The translations under genes and the position numbers were made by a program. A model generated the notes under the pieces. That model saw only the letters and a list, made by a program, of their open reading frames with translations. It was not told where the DNA came from and did not search any database. From Syntrophales bacterium (GTDB lineage Bacteria; Desulfobacterota; Syntrophia; Syntrophales; UBA6109), in assembly GCA_035366835.1 (NCBI GenBank), contig DAOSIS010000002.1, forward strand, positions 113,208 to 177,207: 64,000 nucleotides of DNA. The letters run 5' to 3'. Numbering within the stretch: position 1 is the stretch's first letter; every line of letters begins with the position of its first letter. Below, in pieces: positions 19,507-28,654 of the stretch.

Positions 19507-20797
19507 TTTCACGATACGAAACCTGGGGGCCCGGAAAGTCCGGTCATCGGTGAACGTCAGTTACTATACCCCGGACGACAAACGCATGCTTTTCAACACC
19601 TACCTGAAGCATTTCGATGACTATCGATCGAAAGACGGTACGCCGCTTTGCCTGGAGGTCGCAGGTCCCCGGGAATTTCTCTTCTTCGAACCTGCGAAGA
19701 CGAAGGCGGCGATCGTAACGTGCGGCGGGCTGTGCCCGGGCATCAACGATGTGATCCGGGCCATCGTGATGGAGCTGTACCACCGTTACTGCGTGACGAA
19801 TATCATCGGCATCCGTTACGGCTTCCAGGGACTTGTTCCCAGGTACGGACACCCCGTCGTGGAATTGAGTCCGGAAGGGGTGAAGGACATCCATACGCTG
19901 GGAGGCAGCATCCTTTCCTCGTCCCGCGGGAACCAGGACCCGGAGGAAATGGTCGATGCGCTCAAGCGCATGAATATCGACATCCTTTTCTGCATCGGCG
20001 GCGACGGAACCATGCGCTGCGCCGAGTTGATCACGGCCGCGGTGGCGCGGCGAGGCCTGAGCATCGGCATCATCGGCATTCCGAAGACGATCGACAACGA
20101 CCTTCATCTCATCCAGAAGACCTTCGGCTTCGACACGGCGATTTCGGAATCCGTGCGGGTCCTGCAGTGCGCACATGCGGAAGCGAAGGGCGCCTACAAC
20201 GGGATCGGACTCGTGAAGATCATGGGCAGGCAGTCCGGGCACATCGCCTGCGGCTCCGCGCTGGCCCAGAATGACGTCAACTTCGTTCTCATTCCCGAAG
20301 TTCCGTTTGAGCTGGACGGACCGGACGGACTGCTGGCGGCGATCCGGAGGCGGCTCGCCGAGCGCGGACATTCCGTCATCCTGGTGGCCGAGGGTGCGGG
20401 CCAGGACCTCATGAGAAAGAAGGGCCAGGCCGTGGAAAGGGATGCCTCCGGGAACGTGCGGCTCCTGGACGTCGGTATCTTTCTGAAGGGTGCCATCGAG
20501 GCGTATTTCAAGGAACAGGGGATGGATGTCAACCTGAAGTACATCGATCCGAGCTATACGATCCGCAGCGTGCCGGCCAACGCCAGCGACAGCATCTACT
20601 GCGGCGCACTGGGACAGTACGCCGTTCACGCCGGCATGGCCGGCAAGACAGGCATGCTCGTCGCCATGATGAAGGACGAGTACGTCCATGTCCCGCTCAG
20701 CATGGTCGGCTCCGGCATGAAGGTGGACCCGGGCGGGAATATCTGGATGCGGGTCCTGGAATCGACGGGGCAGCCGACGTCGTTGATGAGCCCATAG
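19487..20797 (+). CDS. pfkA: 6-phosphofructokinase (ATP-type GGDG signature)
   Basis: Start at MLPEQYDF (ATG 19487) behind GAAGGAGGA. Motifs [33 protein letters not shown] and MGRQSGHIA. Overlaps the preceding gene by 20 nt. Confidence 0.88.
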   Translation: MLPEQYDFTIRNLGARKVRSSVNVSYYTPDDKRMLFNTYLKHFDDYRSKDGTPLCLEVAGPREFLFFEPAKTKAAIVTCGGLCPGINDVIRAIVMELYHRYCVTNIIGIRYGFQGLVPRYGHPVVELSPEGVKDIHTLGGSILSSSRGNQDPEEMVDALKRMNIDILFCIGGDGTMRCAELITAAVARRGLSIGIIGIPKTIDNDLHLIQKTFGFDTAISESVRVLQCAHAEAKGAYNGIGLVKIMGRQSGHIACGSALAQNDVNFVLIPEVPFELDGPDGLLAAIRRRLAERGHSVILVAEGAGQDLMRKKGQAVERDASGNVRLLDVGIFLKGAIEAYFKEQGMDVNLKYIDPSYTIRSVPANASDSIYCGALGQYAVHAGMAGKTGMLVAMMKDEYVHVPLSMVGSGMKVDPGGNIWMRVLESTGQPTSLMSP

Positions 20798-20864
20798 GAA
20801 AAACTGCTTGCAAATGCCATCTTTTTGGTTTAATGAACTCCATTCTTTTTTGAGGAGTACGGAA

Positions 20865-21062
20865 ATGGCAAGGACATGCGAGGTGTGCGGGAAGAAACCC
20901 GTGGTCGGAAACCAGGTCAGTCACGCCAACAACAGGACCCGGCGGATATGGTATCCGAATCTTCAAAAGGTGCGCTGTGTGGATTCGACGAGCGGATCGA
21001 CCAAACGGATCAGGGTCTGCACCCGTTGCCTGAGGTCCGGCTTCGTCAAAAAAGCTTCCTAG
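20865..21062 (+). CDS. rpmB: 50S ribosomal protein L28
   Basis: 65 aa, [40 protein letters not shown] Shine-Dalgarno site 8 nt upstream. Confidence 0.93.
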   Translation: MARTCEVCGKKPVVGNQVSHANNRTRRIWYPNLQKVRCVDSTSGSTKRIRVCTRCLRSGFVKKAS

Positions 21063-21085
21063 AGGTCTTGCTGAGAGACATAAAG

Positions 21086-21117
21086 AAACCGGGAATTCTG
21101 CGTTCCCGGTTTTTTTC
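21086..21117. terminator. Bidirectional intrinsic terminator between rpmB and the convergent gene
   Basis: AAACCGGGAA / TTCCCGGTTT stem with a 7-nt loop. Followed by a T7 run on the plus strand and an A-rich run on the other side. Confidence 0.7.
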
Positions 21118-21157
21118 TTCCCTGCAAATCTCCGGACGGATCATTCCCCATTCCCGA

Positions 21158-21583
21158 TCACGGTTTCGACGGTCCCGCCCCGAGCGCCATTTTCTTGAGG
21201 TCCCCGAGTCGTATTTGAAAAGTTCCGTACTTGGTCGTTCCGTATGCCCGATGGTCCTTGTCGACGGCAAGTTCCACGCTGCCGCCGTCCCGGAGCTTCA
21301 CGACAGCATACAGGGTTCCGGACGAGAAGCGGAAGAGGATCGATTCAATCTGTTCGAAGGAGACGGTATGCAGACCCTCTCCCCTCTTTCCCTCCAGATA
21401 GGTTCCCCCCTCGATGCTCACATCCCTGCATTCGGTGGAGAAATCCGTCTGATCGATGAAGACGGCCGTGAATTTTTTCGCGGGCACCGGTATGCGGTCC
21501 GGAGGGGCCTCTCCCTTCATCGGCCCCATGGCCATGAGAAGCGGCAGCAACAAGAGCAACACCACGATCCACGACCTCTTCAT
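21158..21583 (-). CDS. Small secreted protein of unknown function
   Basis: Start at MKRSWIVVLLLLLPLLMAMG (ATG 21583) behind GAAGGAGGG. Signal peptide plus a roughly 115-aa domain. I recognise no family. Confidence 0.6.
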   Translation of the reverse strand: MKRSWIVVLLLLLPLLMAMGPMKGEAPPDRIPVPAKKFTAVFIDQTDFSTECRDVSIEGGTYLEGKRGEGLHTVSFEQIESILFRFSSGTLYAVVKLRDGGSVELAVDKDHRAYGTTKYGTFQIRLGDLKKMALGAGPSKP

Positions 21584-21816
21584 GATACCCTCCTTCTTCA
21601 CGGTTCGTATTCCTTCCTGTGCGGACAATGTGGCGAGTATTCCTCGTCGTCTCGGTGCGACCACAGTGGCGGTTTTTCAGGCACCCGCATGAAGCCGTCC
21701 GGGTCGCGGAACGTCACGACTTATGCACTATCATTGCAGGGTTGAAAATTCAAGGATGAAGAAGCTTGGATTTCCTCCGTATTTGCACAACGAGTGCAGC
21801 CGCACGAAAACTGCGC

Positions 21817-21844
21817 TTGACAGGAGGGCGACGACTGATATCAT
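21817..21844 (+). promoter_or_regulatory. Sigma70-type promoter candidate for recJ: TTGACA-16 nt-TATCAT
   Basis: TTGACA at 21817-21822 and TATCAT at 21839-21844, about 70 nt upstream of the recJ ATG. Confidence 0.4.
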
Positions 21845-21913
21845 GGGCCCGCCGCGTCGATCCTGCCGATTCTTCTCACCGGCAAGGCAGGTGATTCGGA
21901 AACCCGAGGTTCC

Positions 21914-23680
21914 ATGACGCAAAAGGAACGATCCGCAGCCGGATGGAAAATCCAACCCGGCGATGCCGTGCTGGAAGAAAATCTCGTACGTCAATTCGGA
22001 ATCGACCCGATCATATCCCGCATCCTCATCTCCCGCGGCATCCTCGGCGACGAGGAGGCAAAGCGTTTTCTCTTCCCCTCGCTCAAGGACCTGTACAATC
22101 CCCATCTCATGGCGGATATGGAACGCGGAATCGAGCGGCTGCTGCAGGCTGTCTTCCGCAGGGAAAAAATTCTGATTTACGGAGATTACGACGCCGACGG
22201 CATCACCTCCGTTGTGATCCTGGTCGAATTTCTTCGGGAAGCCGGCATCGCCGCCTCCTATTACATCCCCGACCGGATCCATGAAGGATACGGCCTGAAT
22301 CGGAGTGCAGTCGAGCGTTTCCGTGCAGAGGGGGTTTCCCTGCTCGTGACAGTCGACTGCGGCACGTCCGATCATGCGGAGATCTCCTACGCCAAATCCA
22401 TCGGCATCGATACGATCGTCCTGGACCATCACGAGGTGTCGGATCCCCTGCCGGACGCGGCCGCGCTCATCAATCCCCGCCGCAAGGACTGCAGCTTTCC
22501 CTTCAAGCCCCTCGCCGCCGTGGGCATCGTCTTCAACTTCCTGATTGCCCTGCGCGGAGGGCTGCGGAGGGAAGGGTTCTGGCGCGACGGGCGCTATCCA
22601 TACCTGCGCGGCTACCTCGACCTGGTATGCCTGGGAACCCTGGGGGACCTGGTTCCCCTGCGGGATGAAAACCGCATCTTCGTAAAAATCGGCCTCGAGC
22701 TGCTCACGGAGGGGAAACGGACCGGCATCCGGGCCTTGAAGACGGTCTGCGGCATGGACGACGATCAGCCCGTCGACACATTCCGGGCCTCTTTCGGGCT
22801 CATTCCCAGGATCAACGCCGCGGGCCGGATTTCCTCTCCGGACGACGCCGCCCGCCTGCTCATGAGCGACGATTGGAACGTCGCGGTCGATCTGGCAAGG
22901 CGTCTCGATGCGAACAACCGGAAAAGGCAGGACATGGAAAAGGTCATCCTGCGGGAGATCACGGAGAACATCGGCAGGGAGTCGTCGCCTTCCGGACTCT
23001 CCGGAGCCCTCGTCTTCTCATCCCCCTCCTGGCATCCCGGCGTCATCGGCATTGTGGCGGCGCGGCTCGTCGAACGCTACGGTCTTCCGGCCGTGCTCAT
23101 CAGCCTGAAGGACGGGATCGGCAAGGGGTCGGCCCGGAGCAACGCCGGTTTCAACATCCACGAAGGCTTGAAGTACTGCGCCTCGCACCTGCTGACCTAC
23201 GGCGGCCATCAGTACGCCGCGGGGATCCTGATTCGCGAAGAAGACATCCCGGCGTTCAGCCTGACCCTCAAGGACTTTGCGCGTCGAGGCACCGACCCGG
23301 ACCTCAGGACCGGGACGGTCAGCATCGACGCCTGTTGCGACTTCAGGAAAATCGATCCGCGCCTCGTATCGCAGATCGAACTGCTGGCTCCCTTCGGTGC
23401 GGCCAACCCGGAGCCCCTCCTCTGCGTCCGGAATGTGGAGATTGTCTCGACGTCCGTCGTCGGCAACAACCATCTGCGGATGCGCATTGCCTCGGAAGGG
23501 CTTTCCTGCAACTCGATCTGGTTCGGCAAGGGGCACCTCTTTCAGACCCTGTGCGAGGATGGCGCTTCCGTCGATATCGTGTTTACACCGCGTCTGCATT
23601 CCTGGAACGGCGCGAGCGAAGTCCAGCTGAAGGTGGCCGCCGTCGCACCGTCTTCGGAGGTCTCCCCGGAGGGCGGCTGA
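21914..23680 (+). CDS. recJ: Single-stranded-DNA-specific exonuclease RecJ
   Basis: 588 aa. DHH motifs (IYGDYDADGITS, VTVDCG, VLDHH) and a DHHA1 region (GGHQYAAG). Confidence 0.92.
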   Translation: MTQKERSAAGWKIQPGDAVLEENLVRQFGIDPIISRILISRGILGDEEAKRFLFPSLKDLYNPHLMADMERGIERLLQAVFRREKILIYGDYDADGITSVVILVEFLREAGIAASYYIPDRIHEGYGLNRSAVERFRAEGVSLLVTVDCGTSDHAEISYAKSIGIDTIVLDHHEVSDPLPDAAALINPRRKDCSFPFKPLAAVGIVFNFLIALRGGLRREGFWRDGRYPYLRGYLDLVCLGTLGDLVPLRDENRIFVKIGLELLTEGKRTGIRALKTVCGMDDDQPVDTFRASFGLIPRINAAGRISSPDDAARLLMSDDWNVAVDLARRLDANNRKRQDMEKVILREITENIGRESSPSGLSGALVFSSPSWHPGVIGIVAARLVERYGLPAVLISLKDGIGKGSARSNAGFNIHEGLKYCASHLLTYGGHQYAAGILIREEDIPAFSLTLKDFARRGTDPDLRTGTVSIDACCDFRKIDPRLVSQIELLAPFGAANPEPLLCVRNVEIVSTSVVGNNHLRMRIASEGLSCNSIWFGKGHLFQTLCEDGASVDIVFTPRLHSWNGASEVQLKVAAVAPSSEVSPEGG

Positions 23681-23746
23681 GCCGGCCGCGCCTCCGATCG
23701 AAGGGCAAGCGCTTCCGCGCATCCTTTCTCATCTCACAAGGCAAAA

Positions 23747-23777
23747 AACCGGGGCGGAAGTTCCGCCCCGGTTTTTT
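23747..23777. terminator. Bidirectional intrinsic terminator between recJ and the convergent small-membrane-protein genes
   Basis: 13-bp stem AACCGGGGCGGAA / TTCCGCCCCGGTT, flanked by A6 on the left and T6 on the right. Confidence 0.75.
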
Positions 23778-23823
23778 CGAATCGATCGCCGCCGCGCTGC
23801 GAAGGTCGCTCCGCGCGGCTTCC

Positions 23824-24051
23824 TTAGACGTCTTTTCTCTTCAGCCACGCCTCCTGGTAGAGCCTGCCGATGCAGAGGAATATGGCCAGAAAGAACAGGC
23901 CGAGCATGAAGGTTGGAGACGTGTTCAGCTTCTGGTCCAGCCAGTATCCCGCGTACAGGAAGGCAAAGGATGCGATGACGATCACGAATCCCCAGGCGCT
24001 CAGATGAAGAATGAATGCGTAAGGGCTCTCTCTCTTGCTTGCCGTGACCAT
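23824..24051 (-). CDS. AtpZ/AtpI-like small membrane protein (two TM helices)
   Basis: 75 aa. The pattern AGYWLDQKLNTSPTFMLGLFFLAIFLCIG resembles the G-x-W-L-D...T-x-P-x-F signature of the ATPase_gene1 family. No ATP synthase genes are nearby. Confidence 0.5.
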   Translation of the reverse strand: MVTASKRESPYAFILHLSAWGFVIVIASFAFLYAGYWLDQKLNTSPTFMLGLFFLAIFLCIGRLYQEAWLKRKDV

Positions 24052-24082
24052 ATGCCTGCCTCCGAACCCGAGAAGACCTTTT

Positions 24083-24358
24083 TCAGCTGACGACGATCTT
24101 CACAACATCGATTACCGGGGAGGTGAACAGGGCCACGAGGACCGTATACAGGGCGAACGCGCCCACGGCCTCACCGAGATACATCTTGCTGTATTTCACC
24201 TTCAGCGAGACGATGATGAGTCCGCCGACGATCAGACAGCCGAGCTGAAAATACGGAAAATTCCCCGCCCCGGTCGCCGCGAACTCCGCGAAGCTGAAGG
24301 TTGCAGTCAGCAGGACAACAAAAAGCGCCAAGATCATGGTCGAAAACGTCTTTTTCAT
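24083..24358 (-). CDS. Small membrane protein with signal peptide, unknown function
   Basis: 91 aa. MKKTFSTMILALFVVLLTATFSFA followed by two hydrophobic helices. GGGAGG Shine-Dalgarno site upstream. Confidence 0.5.
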   Translation of the reverse strand: MKKTFSTMILALFVVLLTATFSFAEFAATGAGNFPYFQLGCLIVGGLIIVSLKVKYSKMYLGEAVGAFALYTVLVALFTSPVIDVVKIVVS

Positions 24359-24415
24359 ATCGTGTTCCTCCCTTTTTGCCGTGAGGCATCTTTTTTCGTC
24401 TTTGCCCTTGTCCTA

Positions 24416-24432
24416 TGAAATTCGCGTGCCAC
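24416..24432 (-). promoter_or_regulatory. Sigma54-type promoter candidate: TGGCACG-N4-TTTCA
   Basis: The minus strand reads TGGCACGCGAATTTCAT. The -24 element is perfect. The -12 element is TTTCA instead of TTGCA, one mismatch at the conserved G. It lies about 58 nt upstream of the ATG at 24358, with an AT-rich stretch about 40-70 nt further upstream. Confidence 0.35.
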
Positions 24433-24586
24433 TTTTCCCGGCAAAGTCGACGATGTCATTCATCTGCTGGATATAATTCAATAAATGATTTATCGGGAGG
24501 GAGGGATACGTCCGGACCGGGAGGATTTCCCGGCCCGCCGTTCAATGAAACGTTTAAAAGAATCGAGGATCGTTGTATGGATTTGA

Positions 24587-25843
24587 CTATTTCCAGGATC
24601 TTCGGTCGACCATGAGCTTCTCGCCTTCCCCGATCGCGCCGTGCCCGACCCAGAGGATGCGATCGATCCGCAGGCCGCAGAAGTCGCGAAACTTGTCCCG
24701 GAATCTTCGCTCCACCTGTCCACGTTCCGACGTCGGGACGGCCCCTTCCAGACGAAAGGTCAGGGAATCCTCGTGGGAAAAACGCTCGACGACCATCTGA
24801 AACTTGAGATTCGGGAAGAGATCGGTCATCTTCCTGATCTGACTCGGCGCGACGAACATTCCCTTCACCTTCACGGCATCGCCGATCCTGCCCGCGATGC
24901 CGTCCAGCCGCAATGACGTCCGGCCGCACGGGCATTCCGCCTCGATCATGCGGGAGAGATCGCCCGTCCCGAACCGGAAGAGGAAGAAGATGTCATTCAG
25001 CCGTGTAACGACGATCTCGCCGTACTCGCCCGGCCCCACCCTCTTTCCCGTCGCCGGGTCCACGATCTCCACATGGACTTCCTCGCAGAGATGCCAGCCG
25101 TTCCTTTGCCGGCATTCAAACGCGATATCGCCGACTTCCGTGGCCCCGTACATCTGATAGGTTTCGATCCCATACTGCGACTCGAAGATGTCTCGTAGCT
25201 TGGGGTCGAGCGGCTCGGCGGCGAAGCAGGCCCTGCGGAGCCGGAAATCCTTCCGGAAATCGTGACCCGACTCCTCGGCCTTGCGGATAATGGACATCAG
25301 GAAACTCGGTGTTCCCGTATAGGCCGTGACGCCGAGGTCCCTGATCAGTTGAACCTGCAGCTGGGTACCCGAGGTGCCTGCGGGAACGACGGTTGCGCCA
25401 AGCCTCCGTAGGCCGTCGTGAAAGGTCAGGCCCGCTGCGACCAGGTGATAGGAGAAGGCGTTCAGGACGATGTCCCCGCGGCGGATCCCCGCCGCATGGT
25501 AGGCCCGCGCCCAGAGAGGATCCCTCTGTCCGAGATGTGGTTCATAGACCGGCCCGGGCGACGTGAAGATGCGCTCGATCCTCTTTCGGCGGTCGCAAAA
25601 TCCTCCGTAAGGCGGCTCGGCCGCCTCCAGTTCGATCACCTTTTCCCGGGACAACACCGGCAGTTTTTCGAAATCCGCCGGGCTGGCGAAGTGACGGGGC
25701 TTCAGGCCCCTTTCGTCCATCATCCTCTTCACGACAGGGGCCCTCTGATATCCCTTCGCAAGCATGGCCTGGAGCCGTTCCCAGTGAGACGCAAGCCGCT
25801 CGTCGCGACTCCTTTCTTCTCCGGCGTCGTACCCGATCTTCAT
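24587..25843 (-). CDS. Phenylacetate-CoA ligase (PaaK/F390-synthetase) family adenylate-forming enzyme, non-canonical P-loop
   Basis: 418 aa with PaaK-like layout (...YGATEVG..., GDLSR..., KVKG). The position of the SSGTTGKP motif reads TSPGPVYEP. Confidence 0.82.
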   Translation of the reverse strand: MKIGYDAGEERSRDERLASHWERLQAMLAKGYQRAPVVKRMMDERGLKPRHFASPADFEKLPVLSREKVIELEAAEPPYGGFCDRRKRIERIFTSPGPVYEPHLGQRDPLWARAYHAAGIRRGDIVLNAFSYHLVAAGLTFHDGLRRLGATVVPAGTSGTQLQVQLIRDLGVTAYTGTPSFLMSIIRKAEESGHDFRKDFRLRRACFAAEPLDPKLRDIFESQYGIETYQMYGATEVGDIAFECRQRNGWHLCEEVHVEIVDPATGKRVGPGEYGEIVVTRLNDIFFLFRFGTGDLSRMIEAECPCGRTSLRLDGIAGRIGDAVKVKGMFVAPSQIRKMTDLFPNLKFQMVVERFSHEDSLTFRLEGAVPTSERGQVERRFRDKFRDFCGLRIDRILWVGHGAIGEGEKLMVDRRSWK

Positions 25844-25868
25844 GGCAACTCCTCCCCTTCCAACAGCC

Positions 25869-26669
25869 TCAGAGCCAGCGCTTGCGGCGCCGATATGACT
25901 TCACGTCGCTGTAGGTTCTCGCGGCGCCCGATGCGCCCACCCCCAGGTAGAATTCCTTGACATCCGGGTTTTCGACGAGTTCCGATGCGACACCTTCCAT
26001 GACGATCTTGCCGTTTTCCATGACATAACCGTAATGGGCGATCTGCAGGGCCATCCGCGCGTTCTGTTCCACAAGGACGATGGTCGCCCCCTCTTCCCTG
26101 TTGATTCTCTGGATGATGCGGAAGATCTCCTGCACGACCAGCGGCGCCAGTCCAAGCGACGGCTCGTCCAAGAGGAGCAGGCGGGGATGAGCCATCAGCG
26201 CCCTGCCCATGACCAGCATCTGCAGTTCACCGCCGCTGCAGAAGCCGGCCAGCGACCTGCGCCGCTTCACCAGGGAGGGGAAGTAGTCGTAGACCCGCTC
26301 CAGGTCTTTCCGGTACGGCTTCCAGGGGCGCGTCGCCGTGCCGACGCGAAGATTTTCCTCGACCGTCAGATACTTGAACGGCTGCCTCCCCTCCAGGACC
26401 TGGATGATTCCCATCCGCGTGATTTCTTCCGGCGACAGATTGTCGATGGGATGTCCGTCATAAAGGATATTGCCGTCGGTCACCTTGCCGTTTTCCGGCT
26501 TCAGAAGGCCGGATATGGCGCGCAGGGTCGTCGTCTTGCCGGCCCCGTTGCTTCCGAGGAGACTGACGATCTTTCCCCGGTCCACGTTCAGGGACACGCC
26601 CTTGAGAACCTGGATGACGTCGGAATAGACGACGGAGATGTTGTTGATTTTGAGCAGGTCGCCTTCCAT
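25869..26669 (-). CDS. livF: LIV-type ABC transporter ATP-binding protein (LivF-like)
   Basis: 266 aa. Walker A GSNGAGKTT, signature SGGELQM, Walker B LLLLDEPS. Confidence 0.9.
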   Translation of the reverse strand: MEGDLLKINNISVVYSDVIQVLKGVSLNVDRGKIVSLLGSNGAGKTTTLRAISGLLKPENGKVTDGNILYDGHPIDNLSPEEITRMGIIQVLEGRQPFKYLTVEENLRVGTATRPWKPYRKDLERVYDYFPSLVKRRRSLAGFCSGGELQMLVMGRALMAHPRLLLLDEPSLGLAPLVVQEIFRIIQRINREEGATIVLVEQNARMALQIAHYGYVMENGKIVMEGVASELVENPDVKEFYLGVGASGAARTYSDVKSYRRRKRWL

Positions 26670-26679
26670 GGGTCTCGCC

Positions 26680-27747
26680 TCAATAGGAAAACGGCCAGAG
26701 ACGGAAGCTCGAGCGGACGATTCTCCACATCTCGGCCAGGCCGCGCGGTTCGAAGAGGATGAAGAGGACGATCGCCAGTCCGAATGCGAATTCCCGCAGC
26801 GGTGCGATGTTGATGCCGGACTGGCTGATGAAGCCCAGGTTGATGAGGTTGTCGGTCAGCCAGCGCAGCCCTTCGTTCAGGAGGGTGATGAAGACGGCGC
26901 CGAAGACGGCGCCGGAGACGCTTCCGAGGCCGCCGATGATCACCATGGCGATGTATTCGACGGAAAGCCCGAGATTGAACGGTTCCGTCGTCACGCTGAC
27001 CATGTAGAAAGCCCAGAGGGCCCCCGCGAACCCGGCATAGAAGGAACTGATCGCGAACGACAGCAGCTTGTAACGGAAGATGGGGATCCCCATTCCCTCC
27101 GCCGCCCGGTCGTTGTCGCGGATGGCGATGAAGGCCCTGCCGAACCGCGTTCGCATCAGGTTCACCGCAATCCAGAGGAGCCCGCTCAGGGACGCCAGAA
27201 TGATGAAATAGAACGTCCGGTCCCCCGTCAGTTTCCAGCCGAAGAGACTCGGCGCAGGCAGGGTGATCCCCATGGTGCCCCTGGTGAGACCTTCCCAATG
27301 GATGAGAATGTATTCGATGATGAACTGGCCGGCAAGCGTCGCGATCGTCAGATAAAGCCCCTTCAGGCGTCCCGAGGGAATCCCGAAGACGAGCCCGACG
27401 AGGGCGGTGATCACGGCCGCAGCGGGAACGGCCAGGAGGAACGGAACCCCTGCGGATGTGGCGAGAATCGCCGCGGCATAGGCGCCGACGCCGAAGAAGG
27501 CCCCGTGGCCCAGGGAGATCTGGCCGGTGAATCCGATCAGGATGTTCAGCCCGACGACGGCGATGGCGGCGATGCCGATCGAATTGATCACGTACAGCAG
27601 GTAGGGGCTGGACAGGAAAGGCAGGACCGCCAGGCAGGCCAGCCCGATGACCATGGAAAAGCGGCCGAAATCCGTTTCGAAGACCGTCAGATCCTCCGCG
27701 TAGCCCTCTTTGAAATTCCCGCAGGGGTGGAATCGAAAAAGTCTCAT
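26680..27747 (-). CDS. livM: LIV-type ABC transporter permease (LivM-like)
   Basis: 355 aa, polytopic, with GQISLGHGAFFGVGAY and RDNDRAAEGMGI motifs. Confidence 0.9.
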   Translation of the reverse strand: MRLFRFHPCGNFKEGYAEDLTVFETDFGRFSMVIGLACLAVLPFLSSPYLLYVINSIGIAAIAVVGLNILIGFTGQISLGHGAFFGVGAYAAAILATSAGVPFLLAVPAAAVITALVGLVFGIPSGRLKGLYLTIATLAGQFIIEYILIHWEGLTRGTMGITLPAPSLFGWKLTGDRTFYFIILASLSGLLWIAVNLMRTRFGRAFIAIRDNDRAAEGMGIPIFRYKLLSFAISSFYAGFAGALWAFYMVSVTTEPFNLGLSVEYIAMVIIGGLGSVSGAVFGAVFITLLNEGLRWLTDNLINLGFISQSGINIAPLREFAFGLAIVLFILFEPRGLAEMWRIVRSSFRLWPFSY

Positions 27748-27756
27748 CGTCGCGTC

Positions 27757-28635
27757 CTATACCCTCTCGATCTCCGCGAGCCCGAAGAGCCCGTAGGGCT
27801 TCACCATGAGGATGAAGACCAGCACGATGTACGGTACGACATCCCGGAGGGACGGCGACAGATAGCCGCCCGTGAAGGTCTCGAGGAGCCCGATGAGGAT
27901 TCCTCCCACGATGGCCCCACCGATGCTGTCCAGGCCGCCGAGGATGACGACGGGAAAGACCTTCAGCCCGATGGCCGACAGGTCGTGGACGTTGATCCCG
28001 TTGATGATTCCCAGGACGATGCCGCTCATTCCAGCGACGAGGGCCGCGATCGCCCAGGAGAGCGCGAAGACGCGCTGCACGTGCACGCCGAGCGAGAGGG
28101 CCGCCTTCTGGTTGTCGGCCACCGACCTCATGAAAATGCCCTGCGAGGAATACTTGAAGAACAGTCCGAACAGGAGGAGAAAGCCGACGCCGATGACGAG
28201 CGCCGCGGCATAGACGGGCGGGACATCGACGGGACCGATGCGGAGCCCCATGACCGCCGGGAGGAAGTCCGGATAGGTCTGGAGATTTCCGCCCCACACG
28301 AGGAGCATCATGCCCTTGAACATCGAGGCAAGGCCCACCGTCAGCATGATGACGAAGATCAGGGGTTCGCCGATCAGGGGGCGCAGGAAGACCCTTTCGA
28401 TCAGAAAACCCAGTCCGAAGCAGCCGGCCAGGGTCAGCAGAAAAGCCGGAAGGACCGGCAGTTTCAGCCACGTGATGAGGGCCAGAAAAATGAATGCGCC
28501 GAATGCGAGCAGTTCTCCGTGTGCGAAGTTCAGGACGCTCGAGGATTTGAAAATCATCACGAAGCCCATGGCGGAGATTCCGTACAGGAAACCGATGCAC
28601 AGGCCGTTGATCAGAAGCTGCAGAAAAAAGTCCAT
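27757..28635 (-). CDS. livH: LIV-type ABC transporter permease (LivH-like)
   Basis: 292 aa, polytopic, with NFAHGELLAFGAF and GGLDSIGGAIVGG motifs. Confidence 0.9.
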   Translation of the reverse strand: MDFFLQLLINGLCIGFLYGISAMGFVMIFKSSSVLNFAHGELLAFGAFIFLALITWLKLPVLPAFLLTLAGCFGLGFLIERVFLRPLIGEPLIFVIMLTVGLASMFKGMMLLVWGGNLQTYPDFLPAVMGLRIGPVDVPPVYAAALVIGVGFLLLFGLFFKYSSQGIFMRSVADNQKAALSLGVHVQRVFALSWAIAALVAGMSGIVLGIINGINVHDLSAIGLKVFPVVILGGLDSIGGAIVGGILIGLLETFTGGYLSPSLRDVVPYIVLVFILMVKPYGLFGLAEIERV

Positions 28636-28654
28636 GGATGAATCTTCCCCTCCC

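Noticed and set aside
26588-28641. 670-aa (minus strand) and 667-aa (plus strand) ORFs overlapping livH and livM.
   Set aside because: These are alternate-frame or antisense readings of the permease genes. The permease frames show the conserved LivH/LivM motifs and hydrophobic periodicity, and these ORFs do not.
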